The notes under the pieces were generated by a model. It worked only from the letters and a program-made list of their open reading frames with translations, was not told the DNA's origin and ran no database searches. Of a DNA stretch of 64,000 nucleotides, positions 41,416-51,800 are shown one piece after another (position 1 is the stretch's first letter; each line of letters starts with the position of its first letter). The translations under genes and the position numbers were made by a program. Source of the DNA: Ignavibacteriota bacterium. Its GTDB lineage: Bacteria; Bacteroidota; Ignavibacteria; UBA10030; CAVZMI01. The stretch covers positions 160,001 to 224,000 of the forward strand of contig CAVZMI010000020.1 of the NCBI GenBank assembly GCA_963776275.1. The letters are read 5' to 3'.

Positions 41416-42103
41416 CACGGACACCATGACGCTCGACGAAGCTCAAACATCACCCGATATCGACTATTCGGCCGAACTTATTCGGAAAAGTATTCATCTC
41501 TGTTCACTCTCAATTCCGATAGTATACTACTTTCTATCGAAGAGCACAGCACTGAGTATTCTAATTCCGATGACAGCGGCATTTTTTATTGTTGATGTAC
41601 TTCGATATTTTCATCAACCGACAGCGGAACTTTTTTATCGGTGGTTCAGGAAACTTCTCCGGCATCATGAAGTCAACGGAAAAACTAGAACACTCAACGG
41701 CGCCACCTATGTACTGCTTTCGGCAACGCTCTGTGTTCTCATTTTCCCAAAGATCATCGTAATCACAAGTTTTGCTATTTTAATAATTTCCGATTCCGCT
41801 GCCGCTCTTATCGGAAGGCGGTTCGGAAAACATAAATTTTATCACAAATCACTTGAAGGAAGCGGTGCATTTCTCCTCAGTGCCATTATTGTCGTTCTCT
41901 TTACACCGAAAATCAATTATATGCCGATTGAATACCTAATCGGGATGATCGGAGGATTTGTCGGTATGCTAGCAGAAATTGCATCATTCGATCTGCTCGA
42001 CGATAATGTGGCGATTCCTCTAAGTATCGGTGGAACCATGTGGCTGTTATATTGGCTCCTTCTTCCTTCAGTCAACATTTACAGGCTCGATAATATACTA
42101 TGA
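41399..42103 (+). CDS. Dolichol/phytol/diacylglycerol kinase family membrane protein
   Basis: [30 protein letters not shown]. Confidence 0.85.
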   Translation: MMERNNTDTMTLDEAQTSPDIDYSAELIRKSIHLCSLSIPIVYYFLSKSTALSILIPMTAAFFIVDVLRYFHQPTAELFYRWFRKLLRHHEVNGKTRTLNGATYVLLSATLCVLIFPKIIVITSFAILIISDSAAALIGRRFGKHKFYHKSLEGSGAFLLSAIIVVLFTPKINYMPIEYLIGMIGGFVGMLAEIASFDLLDDNVAIPLSIGGTMWLLYWLLLPSVNIYRLDNIL

Positions 42104-42981
42104 CACAATACAAAAAACTCCGCCTCGGACTTCCTAAAGGGAGTCTTCAAGAAGCCACATTTAATCTGATGCATAAAGCCGGTTTTCATTTTTCGATCTC
42201 ATCGCGATCCTACTTTCCATCGATTGATGATGACGAACTTGAAGCCATGCTTATCCGCGCCCAGGAAATACCCCGTTACGTAGAAGACGGAGTATTTGAC
42301 TGCGGCCTGACCGGAAAAGACTGGATCATGGAGAACGGAGTTGATATCGTTGAAGTCTCCGATCTTGTCTATGCCAAACAGAGTATGCGCCCCGTCCGAT
42401 GGGTCCTGGCGGTTCACGAATCATCAACCGTAAAAACCGTGAAAGATCTTCAGGGAAAACGGATAGCAACCGAACTAGTCCGCGTCACGAAAAATTATCT
42501 CAAAAAAAATAAAGTCCGTGCCGAAGTCGAATTCTCCTGGGGAGCTACGGAAGTAAAGACTCCTGAACTTGTCGATGCAATCGTTGAAGTGACTGAAACC
42601 GGATCGTCGCTTCAGGCGAATAAGCTCCGGATCGTCGAAACGATTCTTGAATCGACGACCAAGCTCATTGCCAATAAAAAGAGCTGGAAGGATCCGTGGA
42701 AACGAGAGAAAATCGAGAATATGGCGATGCTTCTGCTTGGCGCAATTAATGCCGAGGGGAAGGTTGGTTTGAAGATGAACCTACGCCGCGCCGATCTTGA
42801 TAATATCATCGGATTAATCCCGGCTCTTCGCCGCCCCACAATATCTTCATTGGCCGATAACGACTGGGTTGCAATCGAGACAATCATCGATGAAAATATC
42901 GTCCGTAAAATTATTCCGCAACTCAAACGCGCGAATGCCGAAGGGATAATCGAATATCCGTTGAATAAGGTTATTTTTTAA
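42100..42981 (+). CDS. hisG: ATP phosphoribosyltransferase (long form)
   Basis: [29 protein letters not shown]. Confidence 0.96.
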   Translation: MTQYKKLRLGLPKGSLQEATFNLMHKAGFHFSISSRSYFPSIDDDELEAMLIRAQEIPRYVEDGVFDCGLTGKDWIMENGVDIVEVSDLVYAKQSMRPVRWVLAVHESSTVKTVKDLQGKRIATELVRVTKNYLKKNKVRAEVEFSWGATEVKTPELVDAIVEVTETGSSLQANKLRIVETILESTTKLIANKKSWKDPWKREKIENMAMLLLGAINAEGKVGLKMNLRRADLDNIIGLIPALRRPTISSLADNDWVAIETIIDENIVRKIIPQLKRANAEGIIEYPLNKVIF

Positions 42982-43094
42982 TATTGCTGAAGGCGTTGGC
43001 GGAAGGCATATAGGCTGAAGATCGGTAATATCACAATTACGGAAGCCTGGAATCCGAGGCTTGTATAACATATTTTTTGAATCGATAATACAAC

Positions 43095-43991
43095 ATGGTT
43101 CATAGATACTTCTCCCGGATTATTTTTATAATTTCCTTTCTCTTTTTCCCCCGCTCTTCTTATCAACACCAGCAAACGCCTCAACTGCAGATAGTAATTG
43201 ACGACCTCGGTCGCACGGTTACAATTGTGCAACCACTTAAAAGAGTTGTTTCTTTGGCTCCAAATATCACAGAGATTCTGTATGCCGTCGGAGCCGATTC
43301 GATTCTTGCGGGTGTGACCGACTATTGCGATTATCCTCCACAGGCAAAGCAGAAACCGCACATGGGGGGAATGATAAATCCAAATATCGAAACGATTGTC
43401 GGAGCCAGTCCTGATCTTGTCCTTATGTCGGTCGAGGGAAATTCACGCCTGGATTATGAAAAGCTCGAAAAGCTCTCTATCCCGGTCTTTGCGATAAATC
43501 CACGGACTATTGAAGGTGTGTTGAAATCTATTCTGGATATAGGAAAACTGACAGGAACATCACCTGCTGCGGAACATCTTGTTGCAGAGCTTCGATCGCA
43601 GCGTGATTCGATTTCGAAAATTTATAAGCAGTGTCAACATCCACGTATATTGGTTATTTTTTCAATTACACCACTCATGGTTGCGGGGAACGGTTCATTT
43701 GTCAACGAACTGATTACCGATGCCGGCGGCATGAATCTTGGTGCTGTGGGGAAAGGGTCGTATCCCCTTTTCAGCCGAGAAGAAATTCTCCGTCTTCAGC
43801 CTGATGAAATTATATTGACATCAGATATTGCATTTTCTCCCGATCAGCTCATTCAGCAATTCCCGGAATGGCATACACTCCACGCTATCCAGCGCAATAC
43901 GGTTTCAATAATTGATGCAAGTCTTATCTCTCGTCCGGGCCCGCGTGTAATTAAGGCTCTTGCCCAATTATCGCAAATAATTCATAAATAG
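43095..43991 (+). CDS. btuF: Cobalamin/iron ABC substrate-binding protein
   Basis: RVVSLAPNITEILYAVG, GVTDYCDYP, RPGPR. Confidence 0.8.
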   Translation: MVHRYFSRIIFIISFLFFPRSSYQHQQTPQLQIVIDDLGRTVTIVQPLKRVVSLAPNITEILYAVGADSILAGVTDYCDYPPQAKQKPHMGGMINPNIETIVGASPDLVLMSVEGNSRLDYEKLEKLSIPVFAINPRTIEGVLKSILDIGKLTGTSPAAEHLVAELRSQRDSISKIYKQCQHPRILVIFSITPLMVAGNGSFVNELITDAGGMNLGAVGKGSYPLFSREEILRLQPDEIILTSDIAFSPDQLIQQFPEWHTLHAIQRNTVSIIDASLISRPGPRVIKALAQLSQIIHK

Positions 43992-44106
43992 AATAACACA
44001 CTGCACAACGGAAACCTTTTGCATATAGGTCGTGATTGCTATTTTCAGACATTCTCTTATATTGAAATTAATTTTTCATTCATGTCGATCTTCTCTCTGA
44101 TAATTC

Positions 44107-44730
44107 ATGGCAAAAAAATATTATGGGGTAATCGCCGGTAACATCGGTTCGGGGAAATCATCTCTGACGCAGCTCCTTAGCAAAGAATTTGGATGGACAC
44201 CGTATTACGAATCAGTGGACGATAATCCCTATCTGAAAGATTTTTATGCCGATATGAAGCGGTGGTCGTTTCATGTCCAGATCTACTTTCTTTCAAAAAG
44301 GTTTATTCATCAAAAGAATTTTCTCTCAAAGGAAGAATCAATCATCCAGGATCGATCGATATACGAAGACGCCGAAATATTTGCCCGGAATTTATATAAT
44401 ATCGGGATGATGGAAGAACGTGATTTCAGAAATTATCGTGAATTGTTCGCGGCGATGACAAGCTATTTACAACCTCCGGATCTTCTAATTTATTTGAGGT
44501 CTTCGGTCCCGGAACTTCAAAGAAAAATCTCTCAGCGGGGAAGGGAATTCGAAAAAGGGATTACGGCCGAGTATTTGGGACAGCTGAACAGTTTGTATGA
44601 ATCGTGGATCAGCCGATATACCGCTGGAAAGCTACTTATTATTGAGGTCGATGTCTTAGATTTCATCACACGCCGGGACGATCTTGAATACATTATTCAA
44701 GAAATTCACAAAATCCTTTCGCCAATATGA
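44107..44730 (+). CDS. Deoxynucleoside kinase
   Basis: GNIGSGKS, NPYLKDFY, QDRSIYED, RGREFE. Confidence 0.93.
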   Translation: MAKKYYGVIAGNIGSGKSSLTQLLSKEFGWTPYYESVDDNPYLKDFYADMKRWSFHVQIYFLSKRFIHQKNFLSKEESIIQDRSIYEDAEIFARNLYNIGMMEERDFRNYRELFAAMTSYLQPPDLLIYLRSSVPELQRKISQRGREFEKGITAEYLGQLNSLYESWISRYTAGKLLIIEVDVLDFITRRDDLEYIIQEIHKILSPI

Positions 44731-44737
44731 GAGTATT

Positions 44738-46408
44738 TTATTGAATACCGAGTTTCTTCTCATACAAGCGAGGATTTTTCAAAATCCCCACTGCAGTCAA
44801 CAGCACCTGATCGTCCGGGAACGACGCTTCAATTCTTCCATGCTCCCCCTTGAATCGGCCCATCAGTTCTATCTTTAATGCCGTTGAAATGACACGTCTA
44901 TTTTTCTCGAATGTTTTCGTTTTTTCAATTCCGATCATATTGGCAAGCTGATCCAGATGTGTCATGAATGTAGATGTATATTGTCCTTTTAATGCTAACC
45001 CGCGGAGCTCTTTCAATTTTACCTTGCATTCATCTTCATAATCGAACTTCTGTGCATCGAGATAATTCCGGAACTCGTCAACTATTGTCGAATCGAAAAT
45101 AAAATCACTTCCTGGATCCTTGTGACGAGCGATATAAGAATTCGCAAACAAGAAGAATTTCGCAGTGCGGAATAATGCAGCAATATAGCGGTTTGTTGTG
45201 TCGGCCTGCACGGTACTGTCGGGCTGTATTCCTCCTGCATCGAGAACGCGTCGATGATGGATCGTCTGATAGACTTTCCGGAGACTGTCCGGAATAGTGC
45301 TTACCACTCCTTCACGCTTATGTAGATAATCGATTTCCTGGATGCTCCGTCCGCTCGGCGTATAATATCGTGCCGTTGTCAGTTTAAGCTCGGCACCTTC
45401 CTGTGAAACAGGAACGACCGCCTGAACGAGGCCTTTCCCGAACGTACGCGTACCAATAATGAATCCACGATCCAGGTCTTGAAGTGCCCCGGCAACAATC
45501 TCACTCGCACTGGCACTGTTACGGTTCACAAGAATGGCAAGCGGAAGTGTGGTCATCGGATCCTCGGTAGCAATATATTTTCGCTCTGCCTCCGGATGTC
45601 GGCCGCGGGTTGAGACAATCAGACTCCCCTTCGGAACAAATTTCTCAACGACATCCACCGCCATATCAAGCAATCCTCCCGGATTATCCCTCAGATCAAG
45701 GATAATTCCCTGAAGCGAACCTGATGATTGAAGAGCATTGAGCGCCTGCCGCATTTCATCCCCTGCAGTGCGGGTAAAACGTTCTAGCCTGATATAACCG
45801 ATCCCCGGCTGCACTATATTATAATAAGTAACGTTTTTCAGCTGAATATCTTCCCGAACAAGCACAAATTCAAGGGGTTTTTGTTCTCCTTCCCGTTCAA
45901 TCGAAATTTGGACCTCGGTTCCAGCATCACCACGAACGAGAGCACGGACACTATCGAGTTTCATCCCTGTCACGGAAATATTATTAATCCGAAGGAATCT
46001 GTCGCCTTCCTTTATTCCTTGCCGCTGTGCCGAGTATCCGTCCATCAATCCAATGACAACGATTTTCCCATCACGGATACCGATCGAGACACCGATTCCG
46101 GCATATTTCCCTGTCGTGATCAAATCCATCTGTTCACGTTCATCCTCATCTAGATAGACGGTATAGGGATCGAGTGTCTCGAGCATTCCATCGATCCCGG
46201 CTCTCATAAATTTTTCGGGATCGACTTCATCCACATAATTTTGAGTGATTTCTTTATAAATGTTCCCGAACGTCTCGATACTTTTTGTAATTTTAAAATA
46301 GTGGTCGGTCTCTAAAGTCAGCGCAAAACCAGTAGTGATGACTATAAGTAAGAGAAGTCCTCCTCCGACACCGAGTCGGGACATGATATGTCGTGCTAGA
46401 GCTTTCAT
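44738..46408 (-). CDS. ctpA: S41 carboxy-terminal processing protease
   Basis: LDPYT, PDZ domain, DLRDNPGG, SASASEIVAGALQD, TFGKG, YYTPSGRSIQ. Confidence 0.92.
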   Translation of the reverse strand: MKALARHIMSRLGVGGGLLLLIVITTGFALTLETDHYFKITKSIETFGNIYKEITQNYVDEVDPEKFMRAGIDGMLETLDPYTVYLDEDEREQMDLITTGKYAGIGVSIGIRDGKIVVIGLMDGYSAQRQGIKEGDRFLRINNISVTGMKLDSVRALVRGDAGTEVQISIEREGEQKPLEFVLVREDIQLKNVTYYNIVQPGIGYIRLERFTRTAGDEMRQALNALQSSGSLQGIILDLRDNPGGLLDMAVDVVEKFVPKGSLIVSTRGRHPEAERKYIATEDPMTTLPLAILVNRNSASASEIVAGALQDLDRGFIIGTRTFGKGLVQAVVPVSQEGAELKLTTARYYTPSGRSIQEIDYLHKREGVVSTIPDSLRKVYQTIHHRRVLDAGGIQPDSTVQADTTNRYIAALFRTAKFFLFANSYIARHKDPGSDFIFDSTIVDEFRNYLDAQKFDYEDECKVKLKELRGLALKGQYTSTFMTHLDQLANMIGIEKTKTFEKNRRVISTALKIELMGRFKGEHGRIEASFPDDQVLLTAVGILKNPRLYEKKLGIQ

Positions 46409-46424
46409 AGAATTATCCTTTGCC

Positions 46425-47054
46425 TCACAATCCCTGAAGTTGTTGAACGAGATGCCATATTTCTTTGTGAATTTCTTCAATTGGTCGTAATCCGTTAATA
46501 AGAACGATGCGAGTTGGTTCTTCACGTGCGATTGCATGATACCCTTCACGTACTTTCTGATAAAACAAATTCCCTGCGTTTTCAATCCGGTCGGTTCCGT
46601 ACCCGGCAGCAATTTTACGTGTAAGAATTTCTTCAATCGAAATATCGAGAATAATTGTCCTATCGGGAACAAGTCCGCCGGTCGCTACTTGGTTGATCCG
46701 CTGGATTTCATTTAGACGCAGGCCTCTTCCCCATCCCTGATATGCGGTCGAGGAATCATAAAAACGATCACAAATCACGATTGTTCCCTCGTCGAGTGCA
46801 GGGCGAATTACGGATTCGACAAGCTGTGCACGGCTTGCTGAGAACATTAAAAATTCCGACATTGGAGTTATCGCAAGATGCTGTCTGTCGAGTAGGAGCG
46901 TCCGCAGATGTTCCGATAGAGGAGTCCCCCCGGGCTCACGGAGAAGAAGTGTCCTGTATCCGTTTTGGTTGAGTCGATCGACTAACAGTTGCGCCTGTGT
47001 TGATTTCCCTGAAGAATCGAGTCCTTCAAAAGTCAGTAACATTGATCCGTTCAC
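46425..47054 (-). CDS. tmk: Thymidylate kinase
   Basis: FEGLDSSGKSTQ, REPGGT, CDRFYDSSTAYQG. Confidence 0.96.
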   Translation of the reverse strand: MNGSMLLTFEGLDSSGKSTQAQLLVDRLNQNGYRTLLLREPGGTPLSEHLRTLLLDRQHLAITPMSEFLMFSASRAQLVESVIRPALDEGTIVICDRFYDSSTAYQGWGRGLRLNEIQRINQVATGGLVPDRTIILDISIEEILTRKIAAGYGTDRIENAGNLFYQKVREGYHAIAREEPTRIVLINGLRPIEEIHKEIWHLVQQLQGL

Positions 47055-47172
47055 TTTTTATTCTTCTATCAAAGTAATAAAAACCACGCTGAGTTGCAAC
47101 GGCAGTTGTCGCTCCTGAATATGTTTTTCCTTGATATTCGTTGGTTTTTCTGGTATGTTTCCAGCAGTATTG

Positions 47173-47811
47173 ATGAAAAAAACATCCGCACATACCAATC
47201 ACCAACCCGATGTTAAAGAACAACGGCGTCTCGAATCTCGTTCCGAAGATTCGAGACTTATCCATGCTGCCGTTCGCGGAAATCAGGAAGCATTCCAACG
47301 TCTCATGGATAAATACCACGATGCCATCTATCATCTCCTGAGACGAATGATTTCCTCCGGTGACGAGATCGAAGATTTAGTGCAGGAAACTTTCATTAAG
47401 GCATTTGCCTCGCTCAAAAGCTTTAACGAAGAATACGCATTCTCAACCTGGTTATATAAAATTGCGACCAACAATTGTATCGACTATATTCGAAAGAAGA
47501 AACTCCAGACCTATTCCATCGACAAACCTATTGAATCGGTCGAGAGCGATTTTTCGTTTGAACTTCCCGATACCACCTATGAACCGGACCGTGACATCAT
47601 TCGACGACAGCGGTCGACACTGATCGAGGAAGCAATCGCATCGTTACCCGAGAAATATCGTCGTGTCATTGTCCTTCGCCATACTGAAGAAAAAGAATAT
47701 ACCGAAATTGCAAAAATACTTCATCTCCCTATAGGGACGGTCAAGGCACACCTTTTTAGAGCCCGTGAAATGCTCAATAAATACCTGCGTGACAGGATCC
47801 GTAACTATTGA
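47173..47811 (+). CDS. ECF sigma factor (SigW/RpoE-like)
   Basis: EDLVQETFIKAF, FSTWLYKIATN, EIA.IL.LPIGTVKAHLFRAR. Confidence 0.93.
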   Translation: MKKTSAHTNHQPDVKEQRRLESRSEDSRLIHAAVRGNQEAFQRLMDKYHDAIYHLLRRMISSGDEIEDLVQETFIKAFASLKSFNEEYAFSTWLYKIATNNCIDYIRKKKLQTYSIDKPIESVESDFSFELPDTTYEPDRDIIRRQRSTLIEEAIASLPEKYRRVIVLRHTEEKEYTEIAKILHLPIGTVKAHLFRAREMLNKYLRDRIRNY

Positions 47812-47823
47812 AACCGGCAGAAA

Positions 47824-47850
47824 TGCAACAAACTCGGTCTCAATCCGTAT
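47824..47850 (+). promoter_or_regulatory. ECF-type promoter
   Basis: TGCAAC-N16-CGTA, close to the SigW consensus TGAAAC-N16-CGTA. Confidence 0.55.
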
Positions 47851-47862
47851 GGTAAGGGAGAG

Positions 47863-48780
47863 ATGTATCTATATCCCAGTGTTATGAAAAATTTCATCCG
47901 ACATAATGCAGGTGCGGTTCTTATCCCCGGCTTGCTTGCCCTTACAACAACCGTTGTCATTGCTGTGAATGCAGGAGTTCATCGGGAAATCCAACGTACA
48001 AACGAGCGCGAAGTTGTTATGAAAATTGAGTCGCTCTTTGGCAATATGTATGTCTCGCGTGGTGATCCCGGAAAAATTCTCTCGGCAGACATTCGTTTTG
48101 AAGGAAATGAACAAGCAAAAACCAATATCAACTATAACATCCGAAACTCTATCGGTTATCTGAACATCGATCTCAATAAGGGTGATCAATATCATGACGG
48201 AGATGATCATAACGTCAAGCTCGGCGATATTGAACCTGGTAAATGGTACCTTAGGTTCACCGATGCTATCCCGATTTGTGTTGATGCAGAACTAGGTTGT
48301 GGAAAGGGTGAGTTCGATCTTACCGGGCTGCAGATTAAAAAATTTAAGCTTTCAACAGGTGCAAGCTCTGTTATCCTCCGATGCGATGAACCCAATCGCG
48401 CCGAGATAGAGAATCTGCATATTGAATCCGGAGTAGGGAAGCTCGTAGCCACGAGACTCGGTAATACAAATTTTCACCGATTAAAATTCAGTGGCGGTGT
48501 CGGAAGTTACGATCTTGATTTCAGTGGCGATTTCCATTCCATGGCAGATGTCAAGATTGAAGTAGGCCTCGGTGCAATAACAGTCAATATCCCCGACAAT
48601 ATCGGTGCAAAGGTAATGTGCGAGGAAAGCTGGATCTCAAAAATTCATATCGATCCCGCTTTTGTCGAACATGAAGATAATATCTTTTACACCAACAATT
48701 ATTCCTCGGCTCCCGGGCGTTTGAACGTCACAGTCGAAGCCGGACTGGGAAGTGTTCGAATACGACGCGGAGCAAAATAA
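47863..48780 (+). CDS. Exported beta-solenoid (toast-rack/LiaF-like) envelope protein
   Basis: Signal/TM segment, repeating G(V/L)G beta motifs; follows the ECF sigma gene. Confidence 0.65.
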   Translation: MYLYPSVMKNFIRHNAGAVLIPGLLALTTTVVIAVNAGVHREIQRTNEREVVMKIESLFGNMYVSRGDPGKILSADIRFEGNEQAKTNINYNIRNSIGYLNIDLNKGDQYHDGDDHNVKLGDIEPGKWYLRFTDAIPICVDAELGCGKGEFDLTGLQIKKFKLSTGASSVILRCDEPNRAEIENLHIESGVGKLVATRLGNTNFHRLKFSGGVGSYDLDFSGDFHSMADVKIEVGLGAITVNIPDNIGAKVMCEESWISKIHIDPAFVEHEDNIFYTNNYSSAPGRLNVTVEAGLGSVRIRRGAK

Positions 48781-48825
48781 CTCCCTCCACATACGGCAAA
48801 CATCATATTTCACAACAGAAAAAAA

Positions 48826-51800
48826 TTATTGACCTATCGATAACCTAATATCAAACCCGAACTCACTCGTTTTCTGTCCGATTGTTCGTGATCCTTCATC
48901 AGGCTGTATACTCGTTCGTCGATAATACATCGAAGCTGAGACCCTATTGCTCAGGACATACTTGATTCGCGGCTCAAGTATAGTACGTGTTGATCCTTCA
49001 AACGGGGTACCGTCCGATGTGAGCTGGTCGGGAGTATATGTTTTTCGGGAATTCTTGGAATAGGTATATGAAAAACTCACGTCAATATCGTTGGAGAGTG
49101 AAAGCCCGAAGAGGGGGATCTCAAAACCGCGACGTGAATAGCCAAGCGTCACCGATAAATCCTGCTGTGAGCCTTCGACAATTTGTGTTGTTGAAATATT
49201 AAGATCATATGTCGTTTGGGTGGAATATTTAATGCTTCCATTCATATTTCCTTTCCAGAATTCCTTGAATTGGAGAGAAATACTTGCCAGCGGTTCAAAC
49301 CCGTAACTTATGCGTTCTGATTCGGTTGTTGTTCCTAGGGCCTCGGATCCCCCACGCCATCTCCGATTATAGGTCGATTGATATGCATGATCGAATGATA
49401 CACGCGACGCAACATCTCTCACATACGGCAGCTTCTCAAGTCCATCCCACCTTAAAGAATAATTCAGGCGTGGCAATAAACCTCCGAGTATCTTCGATAA
49501 AAAGGGTAAAGTCTCGAATCCTTGCTCAAACGCCTTTGCTAATTTCTCTCCGATTTCTCCTGAATCCGCGCGCATTTCTTCATATAACTTACCGACCTGT
49601 CCAATCCCGCTTTTGAACGGTTTGAAGAGGAAAAATGGAGGAAGAGTAAAAAACGAACGCTCGACATCTCCGGTGGTAGTGGTACTGAGAATTGTTGCCC
49701 GCCCGGTAGAGTCCGAACTCATGCTGACATTACGGTTGAACGACCATGATACATTCCATTTGAGATCGAGTCGTGCTCCCTTCCAGAGATCGCGTGAGGT
49801 TGTCAGACTAAACCGATTTGTCTGAGTGAAATTATCGACCATATTTGCTCCGGGAGCCCGTAATCCAGGTTCCACATCGAAACCGAAGAAAGGGAACTTA
49901 GGCCGGACTCTAAAATTCGTCAATCTATCGTTCGGGCCCGAGGTAAGACCCAGCTGGTAAATCTGTGATGGTCCGAGTTCCGGATTACTCGCCTGGAAAA
50001 AAGGTACCCGCCCCCAGAAATTCCCAAACCCTGTTCCTCCTCTCGTTCCGCTATTTTGTATATTATTGGATTGGCTATACGTTAATGAGATAGTTTCATA
50101 ATCGAGGAAAAGGGTTTTCACAAATGTCTGGAAAATCTGGGAATAATCGAATGCCGGTTTCATACTATCGGGTACGGTTACATCACTCGAAGGAAACCAC
50201 GGATCGGTGAACTGTTTTAGTCTGAATGACGTATTTATATTCAACGAAGTACCCACACCGGCAGATTTCCCAATCTCTTCCTGTTGGAAATTATACGACC
50301 AGCGATACCCGCTCGAGTAGGTTCCGCCTAACTCAAAACATTTATCGAGTTTAAACAGTGCGGGAATACGCGGCTTGAAAGAGAGACTTGTTCGCTGGTC
50401 ATACCCGTTATCAATGCCGAAATTGATTAGCCTGTCGCTAAAAAAAATATCCTTAAGAATTTGAGAAAACCGCCGCTGATTCCCTAGAGAATCCAGCTCA
50501 AGATGAACGAGGCTGCTCGTGATATTCAGGGAATAATCGAATGACGGATTGACAAGTCCGCCTTCAGTAAATTTCCAGAGAAATGATAGAGACCGGTTCG
50601 ATGTGAATGTTCGCTGAACCGGTTTTAATCCATTCGACCGCGTTGAAGCTCGTCTATTCGGCCCCGTTGAGCCGCCAGGCTGACAGTGAAGCTCTGTGGT
50701 GTGTAAAACAACCGCCATCCTTTGATGAAATCCAGTACCGGAACTTCATCAAAAAACGATTCGAATGGTGAGAGATAATTGTCAACCCCAAATGTGACAC
50801 TATACGACATACCTGTGCTCCAGGCACCATCGCTGACGGGCCTGGATAACGGGTGACCGCTCATTTGCTTTTGTATAGGTGAAACTGAATGAAAGCCTAT
50901 TTAGAAGGTACTGAACATACCATGCTCTCGATGGACTGTTAATTTTTATCGTTGGAAGAGCCCACGTGTCTGAAACTGATAGAATCTGAGTTGCACTCAC
51001 AATTGAGTCATGGACAGCTTTTGAGGTTTCTTCCGAGTTAGTATTCGATTGTACCACTTCAGCGGCCCGCCGGGCGGCCTCCTCTGCCAGCATATCGGTT
51101 CCGGGCATGTATAGTGGCGTACTCAGCTGCTCGTTATGAGTATATGAAACCATTATGCTACTGCCGGTCCAGGATGTGGGTAAAAAACGTTCCAGCATAA
51201 ATTTTGTATCGACAGACCAATTCATATTCAAGTTCCTGTTCCCGAAACGCTGATCAAGAGTATGGAAATACGGATCCACACGTGAAATTATTAGTGATGC
51301 TGTTGCGAGATCTGCAAGTTTCAGGGTCGATTCCAGACGTGCTGCCCAGCCAGGAGTTGCATCGACGTCGATGACTCGAAGTTCATCTATCCACACATCG
51401 CCGGTGATCGAAGTTGTAATATTGGTATCAGCAGGATTTCGCACTCCAATAGATATCTCTCTGATCTGCGTCAGCGTTGGCTGACCATATACTGTATAAT
51501 ATGAACCTGGCGAACCATTGCTGGTCGCTTCCGGAGGAATTGCCTTATTGAGTGAGTCACGCTTTTGCTTCAGAGCTGTAAGTTCTTTGAAAATAATTTC
51601 TACGTTATTCATCATCCATTGGCCGGCAGCATCTAATCCTTCGGGTGGACGCAGCGGTGCAGAATATTCATAATAATTCAGTGAATCGAGCCCGAAACGG
51701 AAGAAAAATTCTGCATCATAGTGCAAGGGATTCGCCTGATAATGGAAATTCGGATCGCTCCGCACAAACATTTTGAGGGCCCTATAATTGAAAAGATCGA

